Shown here: one piece after another, positions 11,108 through 21,647 of the stretch
Layout of the letters: the number at the start of each line of letters is the position of its first letter
How positions within the stretch are numbered: position 1 is the first letter of the stretch
Origin: Candidatus Bathyarchaeota archaeon
GTDB taxonomy: Archaea > Thermoproteota > Bathyarchaeia > 40CM-2-53-6
DNA: 64,000 nucleotides
Direction of reading: 5' to 3'
NCBI GenBank assembly: GCA_963833125.1
Contig: CAWHWX010000018.1
Span: 64,001 to 128,000 of the forward strand
Position numbers and translations under genes: made by a program
The notes under the pieces: model-generated
Databases searched by the model: none
Told to the model about the DNA's origin: nothing
The model's input: the letters and a program-made list of their open reading frames with translations, nothing else

Positions 11108-11295
11108 GGGTAACGTCAAGTTAACGGTTGTTAAGAGGTTCTTCGCGTTTTCTGTGCGGAATTGAATGGGGTGGATCCACCCCTCGAGGGGTGGTGCCAA
11201 ACGGTGCCAAACGAAGGACACCCTCGCCCCATTCTACGCCTCAATCCCCTCAAACGAAGCGATTTGCAGCAGCAACCAACAAGTTGACGTTACCC
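11108..11295. mobile_element. putative MITE-like element with terminal inverted repeats
   Basis: GGGTAACGTCAA (11108-11119) and its exact reverse complement (11284-11295), extending imperfectly to about 23 bp; GC-rich internal fold-back; no credible ORF. Confidence 0.45.
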
Positions 11296-11455
11296 CAAAA
11301 AGGAAGGCAAACATGCCTCATTTCCCTGGTCGCCATAGCATTCCTAATACGCTTTCTGAGAGGGGGATGGTTCTTTCAGGAAGTTTTTACGAAGTAGGAG
11401 AGGAAGGATTAAATGCGCATGTGAATGCAGGCCCGCAATTCGGTTGTAGTCTAGT

Positions 11456-11776
11456 ATGCAGTTTTGCTCGAAATGTAGTCTTGCGCTCGTTCCAACCAAG
11501 AAGGAAAAAGTGGTTGTGCTAGCTTGCCCTAAATGCGGGGAAGAAACTAGACGGTCGGTTCCGGTTGTGCAGAAGCTCGGAACGGCTAAGGAATCCGTCG
11601 TGGTAATCGGTAAGAATGAGAACCTGCAGACGCTGCCGAAGATGAAGGTTAGCTGCCAAAAATGCGGGCACGGCGAAGCGTTCTATTGGATGGTTCAGAC
11701 TCGGGGTGGGGATGAAGCCTCGACCCAGTTCTTCAAATGTACGAAGTGCGGGTGGACGTGGCGAGAGTATTCGTGA
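11456..11776 (+). CDS. tfs: archaeal transcription factor S (TFS, RpoM family)
   Basis: Two zinc ribbons; QTRGGDEASTQFFKCTKCG retains the acidic DE hairpin. Confidence 0.92.
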   Translation: MQFCSKCSLALVPTKKEKVVVLACPKCGEETRRSVPVVQKLGTAKESVVVIGKNENLQTLPKMKVSCQKCGHGEAFYWMVQTRGGDEASTQFFKCTKCGWTWREYS

Positions 11777-11799
11777 AGGAATCCAGGTAAGTTTGGGCC

Positions 11800-12642
11800 T
11801 TGCGTTTCGGGGTTCTTGTTCCGAATTTTGGTAACTGTTGCGGTTCTCCTAGAGAGCTTGCTGAACTGGCTATCCAGGCGGAGAATTCTGGGTGGGATGG
11901 GTTCTTCATCTTCGACCACATGCTATACAGTAGTAATGAACAGGTTCCATTGGCGGATCCTTGGGTTGCTTTGGCAGCCATTGCAATGAATACAAAACGA
12001 ATCCGAATCGGACCATTAGTTACGCCACTTGCTCGCCGTCGGCCGTGGAAACTCGCACGGGAGACCGTCTCAATTGATCATCTGTCGAATGGGCGGCTAA
12101 CACTTGGTGTTGGCCTGGGCGATCCTGCCGAAGTGGACTTCGCTTCCTTTGGCGAGAGCGGCGAAGATCGGGTACGTGCTGAGAAACTTGATGAAGGGTT
12201 AGAGGTATTGGTTGGTTTATGGAATGGTGAACCGTTCAGTTATCTCGGGAGGCATTATGAGGTGCGAAATGCTCAGTTCCTTCCACCACCTCTTCAATCG
12301 CCTCGTATTCCTATTTGGGTTGCTGGTAGGTGGCCGAGAAAGGAACCATTCCTTCGCGCTGCCCGATGGGAAGGAGTGTTCCCGCTAGGGTTAGCGCGAG
12401 GCAGTAAGTTGAACCCAGACGAAATTCGAACTGTCCTCTCTTTCATCAAAAATCATAGAGCAGCTACATCCCCATACGATGTTGTTGCCACCTCAGGTGA
12501 CAATCATGATGCACACGATAACGAAATGCTATCCGCATACGCCGCCGCGGGCACTACGTGGTGGATGGAAGACATGCGCAAATTGCGCAACTCAAGGGAA
12601 GAGCTAGGAAGCCGAATCCGCAAGGGACCGCTTAGAATCTAG
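11800..12642 (+). CDS. LLM-class flavin-dependent oxidoreductase
   Basis: GWDGFFIFDH, RIRIGPLVTPLARRRPWKLARE, LSNGRLTLGVGLG. Confidence 0.88.
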   Translation: MRFGVLVPNFGNCCGSPRELAELAIQAENSGWDGFFIFDHMLYSSNEQVPLADPWVALAAIAMNTKRIRIGPLVTPLARRRPWKLARETVSIDHLSNGRLTLGVGLGDPAEVDFASFGESGEDRVRAEKLDEGLEVLVGLWNGEPFSYLGRHYEVRNAQFLPPPLQSPRIPIWVAGRWPRKEPFLRAARWEGVFPLGLARGSKLNPDEIRTVLSFIKNHRAATSPYDVVATSGDNHDAHDNEMLSAYAAAGTTWWMEDMRKLRNSREELGSRIRKGPLRI

Positions 12643-12777
12643 AATCATTGACAATCGAGTTAACAGAACCAGAAAACTATGCCCCCCAGGGTCACAGGTA
12701 GAAAGAGACTCACCTTGGAAGTTCTCACATAACGATTGAAATCAGGTGCGGGTAACCGTAACCTTAACCACACAACT

Positions 12778-13812
12778 CTACCGCGTTCGCTTCCTCTTCA
12801 CACCCATTGTCATAGCCAGAACAGCCATCTTCGTGAACATCCCATTCTCCGCCTGCGGGTAGATCACCGAATGGGGGCCATCCATAACCTCGTCCGTAGC
12901 CTCCTCTCCCCTAAGCACAGGTAATACGTGAGTGACGATGGCTTTCTTATCCATCTTATCAACCAGCCTCTGATTCAGGGTCCAATCCCTAAACCTCTCG
13001 TGCAATTCAGCCTCACGCTCCTTCCCAAACTTGCTAGCCCCAACCCTCAGTAGCTCATTCGAAGCCCAGTTTCTCGGAAAGATACCGTGCGCTCCTTCCA
13101 CGGCCGAGTTTAGATCGTTGGTAATTTGGAATTCTCCGCCTGAGGCTTGGGCGTTCGACTTCGCCTGTTCAACAATCTTTGGGTCAATCTCAAATCCGGG
13201 TGGATATGCGAGAACAACATCCATTCCGAATCTCGGCATGAGCAAAGCTTCCTCCTGTATGCTGCACCGGCCTCGGAAGCTTTTCGCGTAAGCCCACATA
13301 ATCACATACTTCTTCCTCCTAACCTTCCCAAGTCCTTCCTGAACGGTCATCAAATCTGCCAGACCCTGTGTTGGGTGGTATGTGCAGCAGGCCATGTTTA
13401 TGACTGGAATCTTCGCATGTTGTGCATATTCTCGTACTACCGATATCCCAGCTCCGTAAACGTAGTCGATGGCTGAGTCTAGAATTCGGACGCCGAGGCC
13501 GTGACCATACAAGTCATACATCTTAGCAACATCCTTCGCCGCTTCCCCCGATCCCAAACGTGTGGTGGAAACATCGATGTACTGCCCGTGGCCCCCAAGG
13601 TATGTCATTCCCGCCTCAAATGCAGCCCTCGTTCTCGTTGATGGTGCGTAGAATAGCATGAAGAAAGTCTTGTCCGCGAGTAAGTGCGGATGCTGGCCGC
13701 GATGATACTTCACCTTAAGGTCTCTTGCCAGCTTAAGCGTAGCCTCTAGTTCTTCAAGCGACCAATCTTGAGTAGTGATCAGATCTTTACCTGCTAAGTC
13801 GACTCTCGGCAC
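12778..13812 (-). CDS. carbamoyltransferase, OTC superfamily (AOTC/YgeW-like, divergent)
   Basis: STRT carbamoyl-phosphate motif, HPTQ, YVIMWAY, HVLP, QAENG. Confidence 0.8.
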   Translation of the reverse strand: MPRVDLAGKDLITTQDWSLEELEATLKLARDLKVKYHRGQHPHLLADKTFFMLFYAPSTRTRAAFEAGMTYLGGHGQYIDVSTTRLGSGEAAKDVAKMYDLYGHGLGVRILDSAIDYVYGAGISVVREYAQHAKIPVINMACCTYHPTQGLADLMTVQEGLGKVRRKKYVIMWAYAKSFRGRCSIQEEALLMPRFGMDVVLAYPPGFEIDPKIVEQAKSNAQASGGEFQITNDLNSAVEGAHGIFPRNWASNELLRVGASKFGKEREAELHERFRDWTLNQRLVDKMDKKAIVTHVLPVLRGEEATDEVMDGPHSVIYPQAENGMFTKMAVLAMTMGVKRKRTR

Positions 13813-13946
13813 CTATCTTTACCTCATTTTGAATTGCTGGAAGCTGTCTGGTAAATAGCCCGGTAAATAACTTCCTGAGCGGGAATTACCGTGAAAGTTG
13901 ATAAAGATATACTGGGGCATGGGATGGCCTTCGATGTGTTTCAAGT

Positions 13947-14900
13947 TTGACTGAGAAACTTATCGTGATTGCCCTTGGGGGAAACGCCCTGCTCAAACGA
14001 GGCCAGAAAGGCACCTTCGATGATCAATACCAAAATGTCAAAGGAACCGTGACCAAAGTCGCCGACCTAATCGAACGCGGGTACAAGATAGTAATGACGC
14101 ATGGCAACGGGCCACAGGTCGGGGCAACCCTACTCAGGCATGATGCGGCGAAGAACATAGTTCCGCCATTTCCACTGGATGCATGCGGCGCTGAAACGCA
14201 GGGATTCATAGGGTACATGATACAGCAAGCACTCAGAAATGAACTCAAGTCGCGTGGAATCGACAAGTTCGTCGTGACCTTGATCACTAGGGTTATCGTC
14301 GATAAACACGACTCAGCCTTCCAAAACCCAACGAAACCCATTGGGCCGTTCTACACGAAAGAAGAAGCAGACAAGGTGCGAGAACAGAAGCCCGAGATAG
14401 TTGTCAAGGAAGACGCTGGGCGAGGCTATAGACGTGTAGTGCCGTCGCCTGATCCCAAAATTATAGCCGAACGTACCGCGATAAGGGCCTTGATTGACGC
14501 CGGCTTCATAGTTGTTGCATGCGGAGGAGGCGGGATTCCCATAATCGAGGAGAACGGACACGCGGTTGGTGTTGAGGCTGTCATCGACAAAGACCTCGCA
14601 GGTCAAAGGCTAGCGACTCTTATCGGCGCCAACATGTTTGTCGTCTTAACGGATGTCGATGGTGCCTACGTCAACTATGGCAAACCCAATCAGGAAAGGA
14701 TAAAAGAAATTACCTCAGGAAAATTGAGGAATTATGCGAAGGAGGGGCAATTCAAAGAAGGAAGCATGGCGCCAAAGATCGAGGCTGCAATTCGGTTTGT
14801 TGAAAGCGGAGGGGAACGTGCAGTAATCGCAGCTCTCGGAGATTTGATCGAGGCTCTAGACGGTAAAGCGGGAACTCAGATAACCGTGCCAAAGGTTTAA
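13947..14900 (+). CDS. arcC: carbamate kinase
   Basis: VIALGGNALL, HGNGPQVG, PTKPIGPFY, RRVVPSP, VEAVIDKD, GSMAPK. Confidence 0.95.
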   Translation: MTEKLIVIALGGNALLKRGQKGTFDDQYQNVKGTVTKVADLIERGYKIVMTHGNGPQVGATLLRHDAAKNIVPPFPLDACGAETQGFIGYMIQQALRNELKSRGIDKFVVTLITRVIVDKHDSAFQNPTKPIGPFYTKEEADKVREQKPEIVVKEDAGRGYRRVVPSPDPKIIAERTAIRALIDAGFIVVACGGGGIPIIEENGHAVGVEAVIDKDLAGQRLATLIGANMFVVLTDVDGAYVNYGKPNQERIKEITSGKLRNYAKEGQFKEGSMAPKIEAAIRFVESGGERAVIAALGDLIEALDGKAGTQITVPKV

Positions 14901-14938
14901 GTCGAAATCATAGAATCGGTGGGTTCGAGGCAGTAAGG

Positions 14939-16010
14939 GTGGTTTCATTCGTAGGGTTATGGAGTGGCAAAAGCTTCCTTGACACAAACGATTTCTCACA
15001 AGAGGAAGTCAAGAAGATTCTTGACGCTGGCCGACGAACTAAGAAAACTCTTCCGGGCACACAAGAAACATGCGTATCTCCCGGGGAAGACGCTTTTCAT
15101 GATGTTTTACAATCGTTCCCTCAGAACAAGAAACTCATTCGAGGCAGGTATGTATCAACTCGGCGGGCACGCTCACTTCCTCAGCCCACAAGATGTATAC
15201 ACACCCGCGTTGCCCGAGGACATGGTCGCTTACCAAACCGAAGCGATCTCTGACGTCGCCAGAGTGCTGAGCAGGTACGGTGACGGGATCGCAATTCGAA
15301 TCTACGGCGACGCTGCAAAGTGGATTATTGGCAGAGGTCACAAGGTCGTTCAGGAATTCGCTAAATACGCCACGATCCCTGTGCTAAACATGGAGGACGA
15401 CATGTACCATCCATTTCAAGCTCTAGCGGACGCACAGGCCATGAGGCAGGCAATTCCTAAACTCAAAGGAAAGAAACTGGTCGTATCCTACGCCTACTCG
15501 GGAGGCCTCAAACCTCTCGCTGTCCCTCAGAGCGAGGTGCTCATCGGAACACAGATGGGAATGGATGTCGTTCTTGCACATCCCCCAGGGTTCGAACTTG
15601 AAGACGTGGTAACTCAGGCTTGCAAAGCGAACGCCGATCGATACGGCGGCGGCTTCCACGTAGTGAACGATATGAAGGAGGCTTTCCAGGGGGCGGATGT
15701 TGTCTATCCCAAAGCCTGGTCTCCAAAGAACTACGTCCCACCCCACAACGCCACAGTGGACAAGAACGGTGCCACAAGCTACCAGGACAAATTCAAGGAC
15801 TGGATATGCACCCAAGAAATGATGGACCTCACGAAGAAGGGAAAGTACATGCACTGCGGCCCAGCAGACCGGGGGCAAGAAGTAACCGATGAGGTAATTG
15901 ATAACATGGATTATTCACTATACTTCGAAGAAGCCGAGAACCGTTTGCACGTCCAGAAAGCAGTCATGGCAATGGTGATGGGCGGGCGGCCGTCAAAACG
16001 GCGAAAATGA
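14939..16010 (+). CDS. carbamoyltransferase, N-acetylornithine/knotted (ArgF'-like) type; frameshift near 15025
   Basis: SLRTR, NMEDDMYHPFQ, SYAYSGGLKPLAVPQS, YPKAWS, MHCGP and EAENRLHVQKA; N-terminus in ORF 14939-15253. Confidence 0.82.
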
Positions 16011-16036
16011 GCACTTAACCTGAAACAGGGTTCTGC

Positions 16037-16528
16037 ATGGTTAAGCGTCAAGCAGAACCTCTCATACTGGCGAATTGGGGAAGACGCTTCATCGCTTGGA
16101 TGATAGATTACATAATCATCAACGTCATGCTCGCATACGTTGGACTTGAGGATTTAGAAACCAAACTCTTACCCCCGTTCCTCATGCCACGAATATTCGA
16201 TATGTCCATTTGGTCCCCGATATCGATACTCGTTTTCTTTCTGTACTGGACTTTCTCGGAATGGTACTTTGGCAGATCAATTGGGCAGTTGTTGCTGAAT
16301 CTACGCTTAACCAACCTTGAAGGGAAAAACGCAAGCCTACCAGCTTCAGCGATTCAGAGCATCGGAAAATCCCTGCTGCTCCCCTTAGATTGCCTAATTG
16401 GATGGGTATACAGGCCTTGCCGAAAAGCAAGACAGAGGTTCTTCAACAAACTCTCTAATACTATTGTCATATACCTCGGAAAACCCCAGCGCACAGTCAA
16501 CCAAGGCGATTACACTAAGGAAGCGTAG
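16037..16528 (+). CDS. RDD family membrane protein
   Basis: LANWGRRFIAWMID, GRSIGQLLLNL, RQRFFNKLSNT. Confidence 0.85.
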   Translation: MVKRQAEPLILANWGRRFIAWMIDYIIINVMLAYVGLEDLETKLLPPFLMPRIFDMSIWSPISILVFFLYWTFSEWYFGRSIGQLLLNLRLTNLEGKNASLPASAIQSIGKSLLLPLDCLIGWVYRPCRKARQRFFNKLSNTIVIYLGKPQRTVNQGDYTKEA

Positions 16529-16624
16529 TTTCACAAAACCGCCGAAAAATCACGCCCGAATTTTGTTCGATAGATTAAAGGTTCAACTTATAATTCATCA
16601 GCCGAATTTGGAAGTCGAAGCAGC

Positions 16625-17572
16625 ATGGCAGAGTACGACATTATCGTGATTGGTTCAGGTCCTGCGGGTCTCACTGCCGCAATCTATGCTGGCCGCGCAT
16701 TGGTGAAGACCCTCGTCGTGGGGGGTCGGTTGACTGGCGGGCAGCTCATGCTAACAAGCGGCGTAGAGAACTATCCAGGGTTCTCAGAAGCGGTTCAAGG
16801 CCCTCTACTTATGCAAGAGATGCGAAAGCAGGCCGAGCGGTTTTGCATGCAGATTATGGACGACGACGTCGTATCAGTAGATTTTTCACGTAATCCATTC
16901 AAAGTCACAGTTGGCAGCGACGTTCACACCTCGAAAGTGGTCATCATAGCAACTGGGTCTTCCGCAAAATGGCTAGGTATACCCTCCGAAACAAAGTTAC
17001 GCGGCCGTGGAGTTTCAAGCTGCGCAACCTGTGATGGCTACTTCTTCCGGGGTAAGCGTGTAGTCGTAGTCGGTGGCGGGGACACGGCGACGGAAGAGGC
17101 GCTATTCTTGACGAAGTACGCGACTGAGGTCGTTCTTGTTCACAGACGAGGTGAGTTACGGGCTAGTAAGATAATGCAACGCAGAGTCCAGTCTAACGAG
17201 AAGATCAAACTTGTTTGGGACTCAGTGGTCGACGAGGTGCTTGGAGAGAAGAAGGTAGAGGGCGTGAAAGTAAGAAACCTCAAGACCGGAGAACATTCTA
17301 TTCTGGCATGTGATGGTGTATTCGTAGCGATTGGGTTCGAACCCAACACGAAAATATTTCAACCACAAATCAAAATGGACGAAAAAGGATACATTCTCAC
17401 TGAACACGGGACGAAGACGTCCGTCCATGGAGTGTTCGTTGCAGGAGACGTACACGATTACAAGTATCGCCAAGCCGTGACAGCTGCAGGCGAGGGATGC
17501 AAAGCCGCTATGGACACGGTCGCATACCTCGAAGAACAGAAAGAAGTCACAGTAGCTGCACGAGAAAAATAA
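16625..17572 (+). CDS. trxB: thioredoxin-disulfide reductase
   Basis: GSGPAG, VENYPG, CATCDG, GGGDTA, YRQAVTAAG. Confidence 0.95.
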   Translation: MAEYDIIVIGSGPAGLTAAIYAGRALVKTLVVGGRLTGGQLMLTSGVENYPGFSEAVQGPLLMQEMRKQAERFCMQIMDDDVVSVDFSRNPFKVTVGSDVHTSKVVIIATGSSAKWLGIPSETKLRGRGVSSCATCDGYFFRGKRVVVVGGGDTATEEALFLTKYATEVVLVHRRGELRASKIMQRRVQSNEKIKLVWDSVVDEVLGEKKVEGVKVRNLKTGEHSILACDGVFVAIGFEPNTKIFQPQIKMDEKGYILTEHGTKTSVHGVFVAGDVHDYKYRQAVTAAGEGCKAAMDTVAYLEEQKEVTVAAREK

Positions 17573-17587
17573 CTCCGCCAGGAACCG

Positions 17588-18880
17588 GTGCGGTTTTCAA
17601 CCCGCTCCCCAGAGATAGCATGGGACTCCGCACTGAAACCACTAATTCGATGGTCGAACGGCGTAGCCATTCGATACGGCGAAACCACTTTACTCCTGGA
17701 TCCGCTAGACAGCGATCCCACAGTCTCCAACCTGTTCATTACCCACGCACATTACGACCATGCGAAAGGCTTCCAGTTCCCCCTCCAAAAGAAATACTCG
17801 ACGAAAGAAACAAACGAACTCTACGAAGCCGACACCGGCCGTAAGGCAGGTAATTGGGAACCAGTCCGGGTTGGCCGACGAGTGAGGTTAGGTGAGGTTG
17901 AAGTTGAAGCGCATGATGCGGGGCATGTGCTTGGGTCAGTTCAATATGAAATCATAACACCCGATGAAAATGTAGTTTATGCAAGCCACATCAATTTCAC
18001 CGACACTCTAGTCTCCAGAGCGGCCGAAGTAGCGCCGTGCGATACTCTAATTCTCGAAGCAACATTCCCCGCAGCCTCCCAAACCCTTCCGCCTCGTGAA
18101 TCAGTAGTTGCAGATATCGTCAAATGGGCTTTGGAGTGTGTTGGTGAGCGTAGGGTCCCAACGTTTGCGACGGACCCCATCGGGAACGCGCAGGAATTGG
18201 TTAGAGTTTTCAACACATGGACAGAGCTGCCCGTGATAGTTCACCCTCGAATCGCCCGAATCAACCAAGTTTATGCAAAGAATGGTGTTGGGTTGAAGTT
18301 CGTGGACGCGTCAACTGAAGAGGCGCAGTCTCTGGTGGGGGATGCGAGATGCGTGGTGATAATTCCGAAGCGGTTCGATGCTACTCGATACGGAGAATTC
18401 AGGATCGCTCATGTAACCGGCTGGCCAACCGCAGCTGAGAGGGCTGCAGGGAAAGTATTCACTTTAAGCGAACAAGCTGATCTAGACCAGTTGCTCCGGT
18501 TCGTGAAGGAGGCTCGACCGAAGACAGTTTTCACTTTCCGAGGAGGCAGCAAGCTGCTTGCGGAACTTGTCTCCAAGCGGTTCAGTATAGCGGGAAGGTC
18601 GCTCGCCGCTGATACACAACGCTCCAAGTTCCCGGCCCCAAAAATAGATGAGGAAAAGGTGGGGGCTTGCGAGGATTTCATCCTGAAACTCGTCGAGGTG
18701 CCAGACTTCACGTATGATAAAGCGGAGCTGGTTGCCCGAGTGTTGAATGAGGGCTTCAAACTGCAGGAAGTGGAAGAGGCTTTGAATCGAATAACGCGCA
18801 AAAGTCTGCTCCGTTACTCGGATGTAACTGGCGGGTACTCGTTGCCGAGCCAGCCGCCATATCGCCTAGGAAAAACCTAG
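17588..18880 (+). CDS. MBL-fold/beta-CASP nuclease-like protein with C-terminal wHTH-like extension
   Basis: ITHAHYDH, AGHVLGS, LILEATF. Confidence 0.75.
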   Translation: MRFSTRSPEIAWDSALKPLIRWSNGVAIRYGETTLLLDPLDSDPTVSNLFITHAHYDHAKGFQFPLQKKYSTKETNELYEADTGRKAGNWEPVRVGRRVRLGEVEVEAHDAGHVLGSVQYEIITPDENVVYASHINFTDTLVSRAAEVAPCDTLILEATFPAASQTLPPRESVVADIVKWALECVGERRVPTFATDPIGNAQELVRVFNTWTELPVIVHPRIARINQVYAKNGVGLKFVDASTEEAQSLVGDARCVVIIPKRFDATRYGEFRIAHVTGWPTAAERAAGKVFTLSEQADLDQLLRFVKEARPKTVFTFRGGSKLLAELVSKRFSIAGRSLAADTQRSKFPAPKIDEEKVGACEDFILKLVEVPDFTYDKAELVARVLNEGFKLQEVEEALNRITRKSLLRYSDVTGGYSLPSQPPYRLGKT

Positions 18881-19165
18881 AGGCCTAGGCCTCTGAACAG
18901 GAATTTCTTTTGGCAGTAGGGGCAGGATGGGCTTTCGCGCGGTATAGTTTGGCTGCAATAACCACATCTGATGTATGCTGACGCAACTTGCAACTTTCAT
19001 CATCCATATGACGAAAGGAATTTTCTTTTTGATATTTAACCCCTATACTTGCAAACTTGCTCCCAAACATCAACCGCATTATTACAAGGTCCAAGCAACG
19101 TAAACTGGTTCGGTTGGAAAACCTGAAATCGTCTCCAGATTGTAAGCTATTCTTGTGTTCTAATA

Positions 19166-20483
19166 ATGACTGAGTTCAATTTCAAAGAAACTGCGTATAC
19201 TAAGCGGACTCCACTCTCCCGTGCGCTCTTCGCTCGTTCAAAGCGAGTTCAACCTGCAGGGGTCTCGTACCGCAACCGATACTTTGAACCATACCCGTTT
19301 TTCGTCAGAGAAGCTTGTGGAGCCAAACTCATCGATCTTGACGGGAACGAATACACCGACTACTGGTGCACACATTTCGCCATGATCCTTGGGCATGCTC
19401 ATCCGATCGTTATGCAAGCAATCAAGAATCAAGCGGAACTTGGGTGGCATTTCGGTCTTGAACACGAGCTAGAGGTGACACTCGCTGAAACGATAGGCAA
19501 GCACGTGCCGAGTGCGGAAATGGTCCGGTATACTAGCTCAGGTAGCGAAGCCAACTTATTCGCAGTTCGTTTGGCTAGGACATTCACGGGAAGGGATCGA
19601 ATCGCCAAGTTTGAGGGAGGATGGCACGGCGCAGTACGATCCACTTCATATTGCGATGATGCCACCGTTCGAGAAGCCTCTATCCGGTGGTATCCCAAGG
19701 GCTTCTCAAGCTGACACAGTCGTAGTTCCCTACAATGATCTTAACGGATTTCTGGAAGGGACCAAACGGGAGAGGCTGGCATGTGTCATCCTTGAACCCG
19801 TTCTCGGAGCAGGAGGAATGATTCCAGCGGACAAGGAGTTTCTCAAGGGGATAAGAGAATACTGCAACGATACGGGAGCCCTGCTGATTTTCGACGAAGT
19901 GATCACAGGGTTTAGGCTTGGTTTGAGCGGTGCGCAGGGTTATTTCAACGTCAAACCGGATGTTACAGTGATGGGAAAGATAATAGGCGGTGGTCTGCCC
20001 ATCGGCGCGGTCTGCGGATCACGCGAGATAATGGAAAGGATGGACCATACGAAATACTCGGGTTTGGAACTAGCTTACCATGGTGGTACATTCGCGGGCA
20101 ACGCGCTAACCCTATCTGCGGGACTCGCGACGATCGCTATACTGGAACACACACCCGTCTACGAACACATCGATAAGCTGGGCAAGAAGGCGAGGGAGTC
20201 GCTCAACAAAATCTTCCAAGCCAACGCCGTCTCAGCTCAAGTGACCGGAATCGGTTCACTCCTAAGCATTCACACCACCGCCAGAGGACCTATCAAAGAT
20301 GCAAAAGCTTACGCGGAGGCTGACCACGACAAATCAAGAAAATTGTTCGAACACTTGCTTGACGACGGAATATTGATGATTGTGCCGGAGAGGTTGCACG
20401 GCGCAATTAGTTATGCGCATACCGATTCGGACGTTGAGCGCCTAATAACATCCGTCGCGCAATTCTTTACGACTAACTCATAG
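19166..20483 (+). CDS. class III PLP aminotransferase, glutamate-1-semialdehyde aminomutase-like (frameshift near 19632)
   Basis: DLDGNEYTDY, SSGSEA, KFEGGWHG, LIFDEVITGFR, MGKIIGGGLP, HGGTFAGN. Confidence 0.88.
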
Positions 20484-20497
20484 GCCCGCGCTGAATG

Positions 20498-21538
20498 TCA
20501 GAATGTCTTGAGCATAACTGATCGTTCTTCTCCCGAGAGTTCAAGCCTTGGTGTGATTGGTGGTAGGTCGAGCATTGTTCTCAATCCAGGTTCCAGTTTC
20601 TTCAGGCGTGGCAGCGAATTAACTATGATCGCGGGTGTTGCACTGTCCCCTTGAACTCCACCGCGAATCGTCATATCCACGGGCGGTATGCCGTCGATGA
20701 GAACTGAGTCGTGTGGGTTTGGTGCGCCCAAATACATGCGTAGGTCGAGCACTACTAATTCTTGGCCTGCTAGAATTCCTTTGGCGACTTGCCGGACTCC
20801 TGCGACTGCACCTGCCTGAACTTTAATGAAGTCGCTCTGCACGTCCCTCTCAGCAATTACTGGGGTAATTCTTTCTTGAATCTCGCCCACCTTCCAACCC
20901 ATCGCCAAGGAGACTAGACCTACTGATTCGGGTAAGCCGACGTGCTTGATCGATCCTGCCGCAACTTTCTTCTCGAAATCGGTTGGGGGCATTCCTGCTC
21001 CAATCTTTTTCTGGAGCGGCAGCCTCCGCAGTGACGCGTCCACCACCCTCTCTGCTCGAATAGAGTTTACCTTCTGGCAGACGCCGCTCAACGCTACGGC
21101 TAAGGTATCTAAGAGAAAGCCTGGATTCACACCGGTTCCGAGCACTACGACGTTTCTTTTTCTTGCCCGTTCATCCAGCTCCTTCGCCAGGTCGGGGTGT
21201 TTGGCAAATGGGTAAGTGAGTTCTTCAGCGGTTGACACAACGCTTGCTCCATGGTCAATGATCTCGACCAATTGAGGATGAATTGTCTTCATGTACGAGG
21301 AAGTCGCGTGCGTGACAACCTCGGGCTGTGCACTTTTCAAGATGCTTGATGCTTTATCGGTCACGAGGATGCCTGTGTTTCGAGGCTTCTGAAGTAGCTG
21401 GCCTACATCCTTCCCAACTTTAGCTCGGTCAATGTCCACCGCGCCCACAACCTGTACCCAAGGTCTTGTCAAAAGCACTTCAACTATTCCTAGACCTATC
21501 GGTCCCAACCCGTATTGGACCACCTTGATTTTTTCCAC
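20498..21538 (-). CDS. 2,4-diaminopentanoate dehydrogenase (Ord)-like NAD(P)-dependent amine dehydrogenase
   Basis: VVQYGLGPIG, STAEELTYP, LGTGVNPGF, GGVQGDSAT. Confidence 0.75.
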   Translation of the reverse strand: MEKIKVVQYGLGPIGLGIVEVLLTRPWVQVVGAVDIDRAKVGKDVGQLLQKPRNTGILVTDKASSILKSAQPEVVTHATSSYMKTIHPQLVEIIDHGASVVSTAEELTYPFAKHPDLAKELDERARKRNVVVLGTGVNPGFLLDTLAVALSGVCQKVNSIRAERVVDASLRRLPLQKKIGAGMPPTDFEKKVAAGSIKHVGLPESVGLVSLAMGWKVGEIQERITPVIAERDVQSDFIKVQAGAVAGVRQVAKGILAGQELVVLDLRMYLGAPNPHDSVLIDGIPPVDMTIRGGVQGDSATPAIIVNSLPRLKKLEPGLRTMLDLPPITPRLELSGEERSVMLKTF

Positions 21539-21647
21539 CCTTAATCTACCACCGTATTTTTTGGTGCGCTAGTGGGCTGTGCAGCTAAGTTAAAAGATAC
21601 TCAGTGGTTGCCGTGAATACAGTAAGCGCGAAACTTCTTTTACCACA

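Noticed and set aside
10997-11522. ORFs 10997-11221, 11128-11397 and 11166-11522
   Set aside because: No protein-like features; they run across the inverted-repeat element.
13850-13869. Direct repeat GGTAAATA twice in the carbamoyltransferase/arcC divergent promoter
   Set aside because: Too short and overlaps likely TATA elements; cannot be distinguished from core promoter sequence or chance.
18885-19094. 69-aa minus-strand ORF in an AT-rich spacer
   Set aside because: No motif and a weak start; more likely promoter or terminator sequence.
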